Positions 34,818-50,300 of a stretch of 61,633 bases of DNA are shown here, piece after piece. How positions within the stretch are numbered: position 1 is the stretch's first letter; every line of letters starts with the position of its first letter. The notes beneath the pieces were generated by a model, which had not been told where the DNA came from, ran no database searches, and saw only the letters and a program-made list of their open reading frames with translations. Origin of the DNA: Macrostomum lignano (lineage: Eukaryota); NCBI GenBank assembly GCA_002269645.1, contig NIVC01003183.1:1-61633 (forward strand), given 5' to 3'. The position numbers were made by a program, and so were the translations under genes.

Positions 34818-36607
34818 ATCTAACCTTCCAGTCTCTCAGTTCTACATGCATCTAACCCTCCAGTCTCTCAGTTCGACATGCATCTAACCTACCAGTCTCT
34901 CAGTTGTACATGCATCTAACCTTCCAGTCTCTCAGTTCTACATGCACCTAACCTTCCAGTCTCTCAGTTGTACATGCATCTAACCTTCCAGTCTCTCAGT
35001 TGTACATGCACCTAACCTTCCAGTCTCTCAGTTGTACATGCACCTAACCTTCCAGTCTCTCAGTTGTACATGCATCTAACCTTCCAGTCTCTCAGTTGTA
35101 CATGCATCTAACCTTCCAGTCTCTCAGTTGTACATGCATCTAACCTACCAGTCTCTCAGTTGTACATGCATCTAACCTACCAGTCTCTCAGTTGTACATG
35201 CATCTAACCCTCCAGTCTCTCAGTTGTACATGCATCTAACCTACCAGTCTCTCAGTTCTACATGCATCTAACCTACCAGTCTCTCAGTTGTACATGCATC
35301 TAACCTTCCAGTCTCTCAGTTGTACATGCATCTAACCCTCCAGTCTCTCAGTTCGACATGCATCTAACCCTCCAGTCTCTCAGTTCTACATGCATCTAAC
35401 CTACCAGTCTCTCAGTTGTACATGCATCTAACCCTCCAGTCTCTCAGTTCTACATGCATTTAGCCTTCCACTCTCTCAGTTGTACAGTCATCTAACCTAA
35501 CCCTCCAGTCTCTCAGTTCTACATGCATCTAACCTTCCAGTCTCTCAGTTCTACATGCATCTAACCTTCCAGTCTCTCAGTTGTACAGTCATCTAACCTA
35601 CCAGTCTCTCAGTTCTACATGCATCAAACCTACCAGTCTCTCAGTTGTACATGCATCTAACCTACCAGTCTCTCAGTTCTACATGCATCTAACCTTCCAG
35701 TCTCTCAGTTCTACATGCATCTAACCTTCCAGTCTCTCAGTTGTACATGCACCTAACCTTCCAGTCTCTCAGTTGTACATGCATCTAACCTACCAGTCTC
35801 TCAGTTGTACATGCATCTAACCTACCAGTCTCTCAGTTGTACATGCATCTAACCCTCCAGTCTCTCAGTTGTACATGCATCTAACCTACCAGTCTCTCAG
35901 TTCTACATGCATCTAACCTACCAGTCTCTCAGTTGTACATGCATCTAACCTTCCAGTCTCTCAGTTGTACATGCATCTAACCCTCCAGTCTCTCAGTTCG
36001 ACATGCATCTAACCCTCCAGTCTCTCAGTTCTACATGCATCTAACCTACCAGTCTCTCAGTTGTACATGCATCTAACCTACCAGTCTCTCAGTTCTACAT
36101 GCATCTAACCTACCAGTCTCTCAGTTCTACATGCATCTAACCTACCAGTCTCTCAGTTGTACATGCATCTAACCCTCCAGTCTCTCAGTTCTACATGCAT
36201 TTAGCCTTCCACTCTCTCAGTTGTACAGTCATCTAACCTAACCCTCCAGTCTCTCAGTTCTACATGCATCTAACCTTCCAGTCTCTCAGTTCTACATGCA
36301 TCTAACCTTCCAGTCTCTCAGTTGTACAGTCATCTAACCTACCAGTCTCTCAGTTCTACATGCATCAAACCTACCAGTCTCTCAGTTGTACATGCATCTA
36401 ACCTACCAGTCTCTCAGTTCTACATGCATCTAACCTTCCAGTCTCTCAGTTCTACATGCATTTAACCTTCCAGTCTCTCAGTTGTACAGTCATCTAACCT
36501 ACCAGTCTCTCAGTTCTACATGCATCTAACCTACCAGTCTCTCAGTTCTACATGCATCTAACCCTCCAGTCTCTCAGTTCTAAATGCATCTAACCCTCCA
36601 GTCTCTC
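34818..36607. repeat. 32-bp minisatellite between PIGU and FAAH2 (~55 units)
   Basis: Unit CATCTAACCTTCCAGTCTCTCAGTTGTACATG. Confidence 0.97.
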
Positions 36608-36683
36608 TATATTGCAATGCTATTAAAAGAAATCGCATGAAACTGTTTGCCAGTAGGTTAATCCGCTAATCCCCGCTGGTTGC

Positions 36684-39168
36684 ATGGCCAACCCATCTGC
36701 AGCCAGCCGCGACAGTCGCGTCGGTCTCAGCGACCGCCTGATTAGCATGGTGATGCGCGTTCTGCTTGGCACCATCCGCCCCCTGACCGGTATCTGCTTT
36801 GAAATTGTTTACCGACTGTTTGTGAAGCGTCGCCGAGTGCCGCCGCTGGAGAGCCCCCTGCTGGGCATGTCGGCCGTGGCCCTGGCTGACGCCATCAGGC
36901 GCCGCGAGGTCACCAGCGAGGCCGTGGTGCGCGCCTCCATTGACCGAATGCGTCTGGTCCATCCGATTATCAACGCCGTGGTGTGGGAGAGGTTAGCAAT
37001 ATCATATGCAATCTGATCTGTTATGAGCAGCTGGGCCAGGGCAGAAGTCTAAAGACGAAAAAAATAGGAAGGGATCATCTGGGTCAAATAAAGAAATGTC
37101 TGCTGGACACTGTTCAGGCAACTTTTAGCATTGGATGCTAAGTTAAATATCAGTCGACTGCCTAAAAGTCACTTTATCGGCAGTCTGTCTGTCTGCAGTC
37201 AGTATCGGCAGTCTGTTTGTCTGCAGTCAGTCTATCGGCAGTCTGTTTGTCTGCAGTCAGTCTATCGGCAGTCTGTTTGTCTGCAGTCAGTCTATCGGCA
37301 GTCTGGCTGTCTGCAGTCAGTCTATCGGCAGTCTGGCTATTGGCAGTCAGTCTATCGGCAGTCTGGCTGTCTGCAGTCAGTCTATCGGCAGTCTGGCTGT
37401 CTGCAGTCAGTCTGTCTGCAGTCTGTTTGTCTGCAGTCAGTCTATCGGCAGTCTGTTGGTCTGCAGTCAGTCTATCGGCAGTCTGTTTGTCTGCAGTCAG
37501 TCTATCGGCAGTCTGGCTATTGGCAGTCAGTCTATCGGCAGTCTGTTTGTCTGCAGTCAGTCTATCGGCAGTCTGGCTATTGGCAGTCAGTCTATCGGCA
37601 GTCTGACTATCTGCAGTCAGTCTGTCTGCAGTCTGTTTGTCTGCAGTCAGTCTATCTGCAGTCTGTCTGTCTGCAGTCAGTCTATCGGCAGTCTGTTTGT
37701 CTGCAGTCAGTCTATCTGCAGTCTGTCTGTCTGCAGTCAGTCTATCGGCAGTCTGTTTGTCTGCAGTCAGTCTATCGGCAGTCTGTCTGTCTGCAGTCAG
37801 TCTATCGGCAGTCTGTTTGTCTGCAGTCAGTCTATCGGCAGTCTGTCTGTCTGCAGTCAGTCTATCTGCAGTCTGTCTGTCTGCAGTCAGTCTATCGGCA
37901 GTCTGTTTGTCTGCAGTCAGTCTATCGGCAGTCTGTCTGTCTGCAGTCAGTCTATCGGCAGTCTGTTTGTCTGCAGTCAGTCTATCGGCAGTCTGTCTGT
38001 CTGCAGTCAGTCTATCGGCAGTCTGGCTATTGGCAGTCAGTCTATCGGCAGTCTGACTATCTGCAGTCAGTCTGTCTGCAGTCTGTTTGTCTGCAGTCAG
38101 TCTATCGGCAGTCTGTCTGTCTGCAGTCAGTCTATCGGCAGTCTGACTATCTGCAGTCAGTCTATCGGCAGTCTGTCTGTCTGCAGTCAGTCTATCGGCA
38201 GTCTGTTTGTCTGCAGTCAGTCTATCTGCAGTCAGTCTATCGGCAGTCTGGTAATTGCAGTCAGTCTGTCTGCAATCGGTCTATCGGCAGTCTGTCTGCC
38301 TGCAGTCAGTCCCAACACTGGCGGCCAGGCCAGGCCCAAAACGGCAACTATGTCCCCTTTCTCCCAGAAAGTAGTTTAACAATTATTACGTCATCATTTG
38401 TAAGGGCCGAATAGAACATGTATTCACGTATTTATTTCTGCAGGTACGAAGCGGCCCTGCAGGACGCCAGGCGAGTTGACGCTATGCTGGACTCCGACCC
38501 GGACAATCCCGAATGGAGCCGCGAGGCCAAGCCATTCCTGGGAGTGCCGGCCACCGTGAAGGAGGCCTTCGGCTTGGTTGGTGGCACCCAGTCTGTTGGC
38601 CTGTGGCTGCGCACCAGCATTCGCTCAGAGCGGGACGCCGTCTGCGTTGAACGAATGAAATCGGCCGGCTGCATCCCGCTGTGCCTCACCAACGTCAGCG
38701 AGCTGTGCATGTGGTGGGAGTCGCACAATCGGGTCAACGGCATCACTGGGAATCCCTACGATAGTAGGCGAATCGCCGGCGGCAGCAGCGGCGGCGAGGG
38801 CGCCAATGTGGGCGCCGGCTGCGCCCCGGTCGGCCTCGGCTCCGACATCGGCGGCAGCATCCGCATGCCGGCCTTCTTTAACGGCGTATTCGGCCACAAG
38901 GCCACCGCCTACATGATCCCCAACGCGGGCCAGTACCCCGATGCCATAGCCGAGGGCCGCTACTTCATGCTTAGCGGCCCAATTGTAAGCCACGCCGAGG
39001 ACCTGCTGCCCATGGTGCGCCTCATGGCCGGGCCCGAGAACTCCGCCCGGCTGCTCATCCGGCCGTCCGATCCCAGGCCGGACGTGAAACGGCTCAAGAT
39101 CTACTATATGGAAGGTGAGCAGGTGGCATCTGTGTCTGTCTGTCTGTTTGTCTGTCTGTCTCTGTTTT

Positions 39169-39235
<67 letters not shown>

Positions 39236-39242
39236 CTGTTTT

Positions 39243-39277
<35 letters not shown>

Positions 39278-39524
39278 TAGTGTCTCAGTGTCTGTCTGTC
39301 TGTCTGTCTGTTTGCCTATCTCTCTGTGTGTCTTCTGCCTGTCTGTCTGTCTGTTTTTGTCTGTCTCTGTCTCTTTGTCTGTTTCTGTCTCTGTCTCTTT
39401 GTCTGTCTGTCTGTCCCTTTCTCTTTGTTTCTGTCTGTCTGTCTCTGTCTCTTTGTTTCTGTCTCTTTGTTTCTGTCTGTCTGTCTGTCAACTGTTTGTC
39501 TTTGTTTTGTTTATCGATTAGTTC

Positions 39525-39564
<40 letters not shown>

Positions 39565-40234
39565 AAGCATTTTGCCCGTTTTTTGCTCTGTAACTCAACT
39601 GTATTGCACAAACTGGCATTCCAGTGATTCCAGTTGGATTCCAGTGTAGCAGGGCAAATTTCCCAGTGCATGACTGACAATCTCTGGATAGTGAATTAAG
39701 TCGCGTTCTTAAACATATCCCAATCCCTTTGCTGACTCGGTAGGGTAAATTTAAGAAAACTTAAGTGCGTTTTAACGCAGAATTTACACGTTTGCCGGAA
39801 CAGACATACTTGAACAGCATTTTGACCTTCTATTCTTCCTTGTTGGAGATCTGACGCTTTTTGCTACCAGATTTTCCAGTTTGTCAGCCCTGCGTGTACG
39901 AGGAGATTTTAGTTTTAAATAATATTGAGATATGAATGATTCAAGTTTTATGTGCCTGCGGCTTTCCATTCCGGCTCTGTTAGTTCATTAGTTCGTTAGT
40001 TTTAGTTAGTTAGCTAGTTAGCTAGTTAGTTAGCTATTTAGTTAGTTAGTTTCTTAGCGAGTTAGTTAGCTAGTTATTTAGTTAGCTAGTTAGTTAGTTA
40101 GTTAGTTAGCTATTTAGTTAGTTAGCTAGTTAGCTAGTTAGTTAGCTATTTAGTTAGTTAGTCAGTTAGTTTCTTAGCTAGTTAGTTAGTTAGTTAGTTA
40201 GCTATTTAGTTAGTTAGTCAGTTAGTTTCTTAGC

Positions 40235-40273
<39 letters not shown>

Positions 40274-41657
40274 CTTGTTAGTTTGTTTGTTTGTTTCTTA
40301 GCCATTTAGTTAGTTATTTAGTTAGTTAGCTAGTTAGTTAGCTTGTTAGTTAGTTAGTTAGTTAGCTAGTTAGTTATTTTCTTAGCTAGTTAGTTAGATA
40401 TTTAGTTAATTAGTTAGCTAGTTAGTTAGTTTCTTAGTTAGTTAGTTAGATAGTTAGTTAGTCACTTAGTTAGCTAGTTAGTTAGTTAGCTAGTTAGTTA
40501 GTTTCTTAGTTAGTTAGTTTCTTAGCTAGTTAGTTAGCTATTTAGTTAGTTAGTTAGCTAGTTAGTTAGCTTGTTAGTTAGTTAGTTAGTTAGTTAGTCA
40601 GTTAGTTTCTTAGCTAGTTAGTTAGATATTTAGTTAGTCAGTTAGTTAGCTAGTTAGTTAGTTTCTTAGTTAGTTAGTTTCGTAGCTAGTTAGTTAGATA
40701 GTTAGTTAGTTAGTTAGTTAGTTTCTTTGTTTGTTAGTTTCTTAGCTAGTTAGTTAGCTAGTTAGTTACGTCAGCTTCAGACACTGCCGCGCGTTTAGGC
40801 GACAAGCGACCCGCAAACAGTGGGGAGACAAGCAGTTATGCCCAATTTCCTGAACCCTAAGCACTCACCCGATCACGTATGCCAGGCAGTAACCTCCCAG
40901 ATTCAGACAGTACTTATACAGTGTATCAGAGTTGGTCTGTATAGGCGTTGATTGAGCTCAAAATTTACAGTCAAGGCAGGCCCTGTTGCCTCTCACAAAA
41001 CAATATAGTTGCATTGAATTTGCAGACAGCGGCGACTCAATCTGGTGCTCTCCAGTTGAGCCTCGCATTCGCGAATGCATCCGCCAGGCGGCCGAGCACC
41101 TCAGAGCTGACCTCGGCCTGCCTGTACAGAAAGTGCAGCTGCGCAAACTGCGCCTATCGCCTCATCTGTGGTCAAGTAAAATGAAACTATCTGGCGAAGA
41201 GAGATTCGCTGTTCAAATGGGCGGCGGAGTCAAGCTGAACTGTTACCTGGAGCTGATCAAGTGGTGCCTATTGCGCTCGCATCACACCTTGCCAGCTATT
41301 GGGCTTGGCCTGTTCGAGCAGTTTGGCTCCGAGAATCTTGATAGGCGTCTGGCGGCCATCTGCGACCAGTTGAAGGCCGAGATGGAGGAGCTGCTGGGCG
41401 ACGACGGCGTGCTCCTGTACCCGGCTCACCCCACCTCGGCTCCCTACCATCACCAGCCGCTGACTCTGCTGTTTAACTTTGCCTACACTGGCATCTTCAA
41501 TGTGCTGGGCCTGCCAGCTACTAGCATCCCGATGGGCCTGGATCACAAAGGCATGCCAATTGGCCTGCAGGCTGTGGCCAATATGCACAATGATCGGTAC
41601 ACTCTGCTGCTGGCCGAACTGCTTGAGAACAAGTTCGGCGGCTGGGTTCGACCGTGA
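36684..41657 (+). CDS. FAAH2: Fatty-acid amide hydrolase 2 (amidase signature family); exons 36684-36991, 38444-39114, 41026-41657
   Basis: Catalytic [35 protein letters not shown]; [19 protein letters not shown]...ND; intron phases 2 and 1 consistent. Confidence 0.95.
37180..38310. repeat. 30-bp minisatellite (10-bp sub-periodicity) in FAAH2 intron 1
   Basis: GTCTGTTTGTCTGCAGTCAGTCTATCGGCA units. Confidence 0.97.
39130..39562. repeat. (TCTG)n-rich microsatellite followed by (AAT)n, FAAH2 intron 2
   Basis: Direct inspection. Confidence 0.95.
39980..40768. repeat. (TAGT)n-rich microsatellite, FAAH2 intron 2
   Basis: ttagttagctagttag runs. Confidence 0.95.
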
Positions 41658-41928
41658 TGATTTGTGGCGCTGGGGCTTTAACTTTTTTTATTTTAATATT
41701 GCGTGTTTCCCAGCCTAGAAGCTGGCAATTTAGAGAATGGTGATAGAGTCAAGCATTGAACGCTAAAAGCGTGCTTAAATGGCTCGTGATCGCTTATTGG
41801 CTGGAGTCATTTAATGCACGAGAAATATATCGTGTTACAATACTACTCAATACTTGGTTTTGAGTGCTTAAATGGCTAGGTCACGAGTGCGCGAAGCACA
41901 ATCCTATATTGAAGACTTGCTTTTCATA

Positions 41929-42719
41929 GTCTATGGCCCAAAACGGGGGTCTGTGGAGCAACCAATTTGAGAGTTTTGGCGCTCAATTACTCCTAATCCT
42001 TTCCAAAGTATTAATCGATAGAAATCCTGGGTGTCTCAAAGCAGAGCTGGAGCTTTGTCTAATCGACTCTGTGATTGTCTATGGTCCAAGGCTGGCACAA
42101 CTGTGGGGAAAAAGATTTTCAAATTGAACTCAAAGTCTAAAACTGGTTGCTCCATTTGTATCCACCTTTTGGATCATAGACAATGAAAAGCAGGTCTTCG
42201 AATAGATTGATTCTCCCAGTGAGGCCCAGTGACTGTCTATGGCCAAAAGGCTATTGATTTAAAAGGGACTGTCTATGGCCAAAAGGCGATTGATTTAAAA
42301 GGGACTGTCTATGGCCAAAAGGCTATTGATTTAAAAGGGACTGTCTATGACCAAAAGGCTATTGATTTAAAAGGGACTGTCTGTGGCCAAAAGGCTATTC
42401 ATTTAAAAGGGACTGTCTATGGCCAAAAGGCTATTGATTTAAAAGGGACTGTCTATGGCCAAAAGGCTATTGATTTAAAAGGGACTGTCTGTGGCCAAAA
42501 GGCTATTCATTTAAAAGGGACTGTCTATGGCCAAAAGGCTATTGATTTAAAAGGGACTGTCTATGGCCAAAAGGCTATTGATTTAAAAGGGACTGTCTAT
42601 GGCCAAAAGGCTATTGATTCGAAAGGGAAAGCCATCAGGCACTGAGACCTGTCTGTGGTAAATACTCGCCAGTTTACTAATGCTAACTATATAGAACGAA
42701 GGCAGGTTGGGCCATAGAC
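41929..42719. mobile_element. MITE-like element with 13-bp inverted ends and an internal 36-bp array (42229-42620)
   Basis: GTCTATGGCCCAA ... TTGGGCCATAGAC; array unit GACTGTCTATGGCCAAAAGGCTATTGATTTAAAAGG contains the terminal motif. Confidence 0.55.
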
Positions 42720-43129
42720 AACACAAAAATTCCTTACAAGCCGAGAGTCGGACATCCAAATTTGCAACTTACGGCCGCAGGGTTTTGTCAGAGACTGAAA
42801 GTCTGTATCATTCCAAGAAAGCGACTTTGTATAATATAGCAAGCTTGGATGTCCAGCTCTGTGCTTGCATATTACATGTAGCTACCTGCTGGTGGACTCT
42901 TAACACATTCTGTTACTTCTGCTATTTTCAAAGCTAACAATAAGTGCTGATTCAAGTCTCGATTTTATAATAATTAGCTATCCAGTTTGGTTTCTATTCT
43001 TCTATACTATTTGCAAGATTTTCGCAGAAAGACACAATTATATATAGACAGAATTTTTTCTCTTTGCTTGAACTGATTTTTACTGCTTTCCTCCCTCCCT
43101 GCAAACCTGCGGACCATAATTGTTGTTGT

Positions 43130-43160
<31 letters not shown>

Positions 43161-43659
43161 TGTTAGTCTGTTTTATCCGCTTCGTTTTGCTCTCTTCGTC
43201 TTAGAATTTCACTCTGGAAAGCTCCTGTCTTTTTTATTCTAATTTTGTGTGTTTCTTCAAACTCAAATCTTAAGCTTTTTCAAATATTTATAATTCAGCA
43301 CACACACACACAGTTTTGTTTTTCAACACAATATGTTGTGCCATGCTTTGTTTTCTTAATAAGGTTTTAGTTGCTTTACTCGTATAGTTAGTACTCTTAC
43401 TTGCTATTTGCTTATTGCAATTAGCGCCTTGTCGCTTTGAGTCTGCTAATTTTTTCTAAATCCCACTTCGCTTTAACTGCCTATCAAGTAATAATTACGA
43501 GTTAATAAATCTCTTTTCTGAAAAAGGCCTAATTGAGCCTAATTAAACGAACATGGCATCGGTACAATTCTCTGTTTTAATTAAACATCAAGCGGGTCAA
43601 ATGCGAACTGTTGGTTGCCTTTCATGTTGATTACAGTTTTTTTGCACAGAAAAATTCAT

Positions 43660-43900
43660 TTTCTCCCAGATCCTCAGTTGCTGGGCCAGACTCCCAGATC
43701 CTCAGTTGCTGGGCCAGCCTCCCAGATCCTCAGTTACTGGACCAGACTCCCAGATCCTCAGCTCCTGGGCCAGACTCCCAGATTCTCAGTTGCTGGGACA
43801 GACTCCCAGATTCTCAGTTGCTGGGCCAGCCTCTTGGATTCTCAGTTGCTGGGTCATCCTCCCAGATCCTCAGGCATTGCCGCCACCCTTCCAGACCCTC
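43660..43900. repeat. 28-bp minisatellite, followed by (CT)n at ~43914-43945
   Basis: CTCCCAGATCCTCAGTTGCTGGGCCAG(A/C) units. Confidence 0.9.
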
Positions 43901-43913
43901 AGAGTGGGCCATT

Positions 43914-43949
<36 letters not shown>

Positions 43950-44131
43950 CTATTCAATACAATGCATTAATTTCAGGCAGTCATATATAAATACAGACAA
44001 CAATAGAAAATGATTCAAATTTCACATGAGGAGGCGCAATCCGGCTCTGTAGAGGCTATTACTAATCTTGCTAATTATAAACTGTCATTGGTACGCTTTT
44101 GTAGTGTTAAATTACTTTTTCAGTAGATTAA

Positions 44132-46012
<1,881 letters not shown>

Positions 46013-46239
46013 CCGTTTTCACCTTTTTATACTTAATATTTCAATAAAGTCGGTTGTAAAATGAGTGCATTTTTAACTAAGCTTAATTTAAGATTCTGTT
46101 TATAATCCTGGTTATCTCCTGATTGCAATCGTCTTTTATTTGATAATCAATAATAATAATGTTTGAATACGCCTGTCCTAATGGCCAGATGTGCAACCGA
46201 CAGCTCAGCCGCAGCTATTGCGCGGCGCATCTGAAGGTT

Positions 46240-46420
46240 GCGTACGGCTGTTCAGTCCACGAACTGGGGGGTCGCCACACACCCTCAATTACCCCAGCTA
46301 ATGCTGGCACCCATTTTACAGCTGGGTGAACTGAAGCAATGCAGAGTTCAGTGTCTTGCTCATAGACACAAATTGTTCCGAGTGGGTCACGATCGAGAAT
46401 CTAGCCAAAGGCTACAACCC
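46240..46420 (-). mobile_element. CORE-SINE (MIR-like) fragment
   Basis: cccattttacagctgggtgaactgaagcaatgcagagttcagtgtcttgctc matches the reverse-strand CORE consensus cccattttacagatgaggaaactgaggc..agagaggttaagt.acttgccc. Confidence 0.6.
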
Positions 46421-46575
46421 CCTTTACAGTGTTATATAAAATACGATTGCTTATTTAATCGTTAAAAAATTGTACTATTCTGAGCCGGGAAGTGTTGTCT
46501 GTGGTAATTTTTAACAAAAACTAGGATATTATATCATATAATCTCCTCGAAATCAGGAGCAATCGAATTTAATAT

Positions 46576-46726
46576 ATGATAAACGCCGTTTAATTCATCA
46601 TAGTCTATGGTTAGAATATCCTCGGCTACAATCAATGGTCCTCGGCTCGCTACGCTCGCCTCGAGACCATTAAACGCAGCCTCGGACATTCTAACCACAG
46701 AATGTGAATTAAACGGCGTTTATTAT
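46576..46726. mobile_element. ~150-bp palindromic (foldback) MITE
   Basis: ATAAACGCCGTTTAATTCA / TGAATTAAACGGCGTTTAT plus inner arms tggttagaatatcc / ggacattctaacca. Confidence 0.8.
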
Positions 46727-47360
46727 TTACTTAAAATATTATTTTCATTGGCTTTTAATGAGCATCAGCAAACTAGAAAAAAATAATATAATATTCAGAA
46801 AGTATGGGCACCTCAGCACATCATTTTCATTCACACTAATTATTATTTAACAGTAGTCACATGAGCAAGTGTAATTTAAATATTTATTTTATACGACAGT
46901 ACTATCACGGCATTGCGAAATCGAATATCACAGGCTACACGCGCTATTATTCAGCAGTATTGTATGTCGGATACTTATAAAAGTTACTGACAAGAATTAA
47001 AAAGTGCAAATTGTACTTGTGTAAGAGTGCAACCAGCCTAGAAAATTTTAGGTTCAAGTACCAACTCCAGTAGAAGGATTGAGCTTGATTTCTTAGACTT
47101 TTTAAAGGTTCGAACATAATTTATTTGGATACTTGTTTTGTAAAACCGGCCCTCAATTCTTTTCTAAGAAACTAATAGACCCGTCCTTCCACTTAAGTCG
47201 TGCTTGGAGAAAAAGCTGTCCAAAGGCTTGTAATGAAGTTTTGGTCTGGCTGTTGGATTTGACACTAGCTCGGTACAGGCTTGAATGGCACAATAAATCA
47301 GTATCACATTAATCGCATTAAACCATGCGGCCATCACAAATGTACAGTAGACATAGTGCA

Positions 47361-50300
47361 TCACCGATAGCCATGGTAGTCGAGGTAACGGTAGGAGTCG
47401 GCCGCCATCAGCGCATTTGCCAACGCCTGCGATTTGCGCGAGCGCCTCAACGCCAGCCGGGTGATCCGGGCCCGCTGGCGCTCCAGCTTCTCCTCCTGAC
47501 GGCGCTGCTCCTCCTTCCTGCGGAGCCATCTGGAATGGGGAGGGGAGGTGCAAGGACCACTGCGTCATCTGCTTCAATTCCAGTCCAAGTGTTGTCCAAG
47601 GACCACTAGTGCGCAACTATGTTAATCAGAGTTTAAAAACCTGGGTTTTTTAAGCGTCACAATTACGGTGTCGTTAATTAAAAAAGTTTTGATACTTCAA
47701 ATAATTATGCATTCTAGTTAAAATGCGGAGCTTGTATTAAATGGCTTGGAAACAACTAGGTGCCAATTTCAAATTCAGGATGCATATGTACGAAAGTAGG
47801 ACCAGCTCTGCACTGCATTAGGAATGCACGATGGCAGTTGTGACCCTGCGGTCTCAGCCCCCACCGTAGCCGCACCGTTTCCATGTGCGTGTTTGCATGT
47901 AACCATGCGTGTGTTTGCATGTAACCATGTGCGTGTTTGCATGTAACCATGCGCGTGTTTCCATGTAACCATGTGTGTTTGTTTCCATGTGACCATGTGT
48001 GTTTGTTTCCATGTGAACATGTGTGTTTGTTTCCATGTAACTATGCGCGTGTTTCCATGTAACCATGCGTGTTTTGTTTCCATGTAACCATGCCCGTGTT
48101 TCCATGTAACCATGCGTGTTTTTCCATGTAACCACGAATACTCGGCCCTGCTCACTGCTTGAACGCCCGCCTGCAGTCCTCCTGCGAGTGCTGATCCGAG
48201 CCGCCTCTGCTGCCGGCCTCCTCTGCCTCCGGATCTTCGCCCCGTCGCCGATGCTCCCGCTTGGCTGCCAGCCACTGCTCAAAGCTTATCCGGTCTTTCT
48301 CGCCGTCCCGTTGGCGTCGTCGTTCCTCCTCGTCGCGCTCCGCCTGCTCCCGTTGGCGCCGCTCGTCCTCAGCTTTCTGACGCTTCCGAGCCAGCCAGGA
48401 CTGATAGGCGGCCTCGTTGTCCTCCGGTGACTTGTCGTCGGCAGACTTGGCGGAGGCCTGCCGCTGCCGCTGCCGCTGCTCGGCTTCGGTTCTCTGCTGC
48501 TCCCGCTTCCGTCGCAGCCAGGCGTCGAAAGCGGCCGAGTTCTCGCGCCGCCGCTCCTCGTCCTGTTCGTCTCGACGTCTCTGCTCCTCCGGACGGGCGG
48601 CCTTGGCGCTGCCGGCCCGATTGTTCTGCTGACGGTCCCCGCCGCCGCCGCCTCTTTGCCGATTCGCGGTTGACGAAGCCTTTGGTTGAGATTGAGTTTG
48701 GTTGCTCAGTTTGTTGAAACTTATGCGGTTGCTATGCGGATGGGACATACCAAGGACTCCTCAAGTAGAAGGATGGGAACTACGTTTCTTGGAAAATGTT
48801 ATTAGGCAGGTTTACCGAAAAATACATTAGGGATATAGGAGGTTTTCATTTGTTCAGCATAAAGTTTGTTTTTGCTTTTGATAGGAGGCAGACCCAGTAT
48901 TCATCTTTTAATATGACTTGCCTGTCTCAAGGTTCTACTGATATTTACAAAGTTTTTCGTTTAGAAAATTAGAATTCTATGTAAATTTTATATCCTACGT
49001 ACACGTCGTATACCTTAAAATTATAAAAATGGCACATCTCGACTCGTTGGTTCTATGAATCTACTTTATCATTACGAGCTATGTAGAACATTTTGTTACT
49101 ACGATTACAAGTAGAATATAAAACTAACATGAAAAATAAAAACCCCCTTTCTCCGTAATGTATTGTTTTCGGTAAAACCTGCCTCCTAAAATTTCCCAAG
49201 AAACGTAGTTTTCCGTCCTTCTATTTGAGTGGATGGATTTGGAGGGGAGTTGGATGGTGGGATTGGGGTCATGGAATTCAGCTGATGTATTTCAGGGAAT
49301 GGAATTCCGGTGATGGGAGTTCTTCCCCTTTCTCCTCCAAAGGAGGAGTTCTACTCGTACTACTATAGTACTTCTTACTAAACGACGGCCTCCGCATGGG
49401 TTCGGCAATGCTATTGGTGCAGTGTTGAATCACTCAGCGACTTACCGACTTCGCCCGGGAATTCCTGCCGGGCTTGGCGCCCTCGCCGGACTCTTCATCG
49501 TCGCTGATGTCGAACGCTTCGTCAGCCTCCACGTCGCTCTTGTTGACGTAGCGAATTTTTCCGTCGTTAACCACCACGACCTTCTTGGAGCGGGGCGAAG
49601 AGTCCTGATCGCCCCCTGACGTAGAAGAATTCCTCGCCTCTTCCGGGTCCGCGCCTTCGGAGTCCGTGCCGCGTTCGGGAGGTGGCGCCGACTCGTTTTC
49701 CGGAGTGGTTGGCGCCACCTGCGGTTGCAGCAGCGTGGTGCTTAATGGTATTTTGGTATGATCTCTGGGGTGAAGAATTAAAGTAAAGATGATGCACAAC
49801 AACAAGTTTATCAAGCCATTTTTTCCAAAATGCTACCGGAGACCGGCAAGCAAGCGAAGCTCCGACGAAATTTCAATCTATCTCTTTAGTGTATTTTTTC
49901 GAACGAAATCGTCTATGGCAGAAGCTCTGCGCGTCAACGGTCAAACAAATTGAATGGCCTTACCTGTACGAGATTCTCGCTGAACCGGATGCGCGGCTTC
50001 CGGCCGCCAGCCTGGCCGTCGTCTTCTTGCGGCGCCGGCTCGTTTTCCAGACGGGCGTTCAGCTGTCCGAGGCGGGCCCGCGTCTCCTCGTAGTCCGGCG
50101 CCGGGTCTGCAGTGGATAGTTCCGGATTTTTCCGGATTTATTTTTCTAATCAGCAGTTCAATAAAAAAATCTGAATGTCTTAATTCACTCAAGTTAGGTT
50201 TCAATTACTTTTTATTCATTGTAATGATATAGGCGATAATTTCAAATCTAACATGCAATAGAACATGTGGCCCTAAAATGGCCTAAATTGTTCTTTTTGT

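Noticed and set aside
21431-36607. Regular arrays resembling CRISPR
   Set aside because: No unique spacers, no cas genes, eukaryotic context
36678-36686. GTTGCATG at the FAAH2 start resembling a spliced-leader 3' end
   Set aside because: An 8-nt match with no further leader similarity, and the gene has introns, so retro-insertion is unsupported
37131-38414. 427-aa [10 protein letters not shown] repeat ORF and overlapping frames
   Set aside because: 30-bp array inside a phase-consistent FAAH2 intron; TTG start; stop-free only because the unit lacks stops
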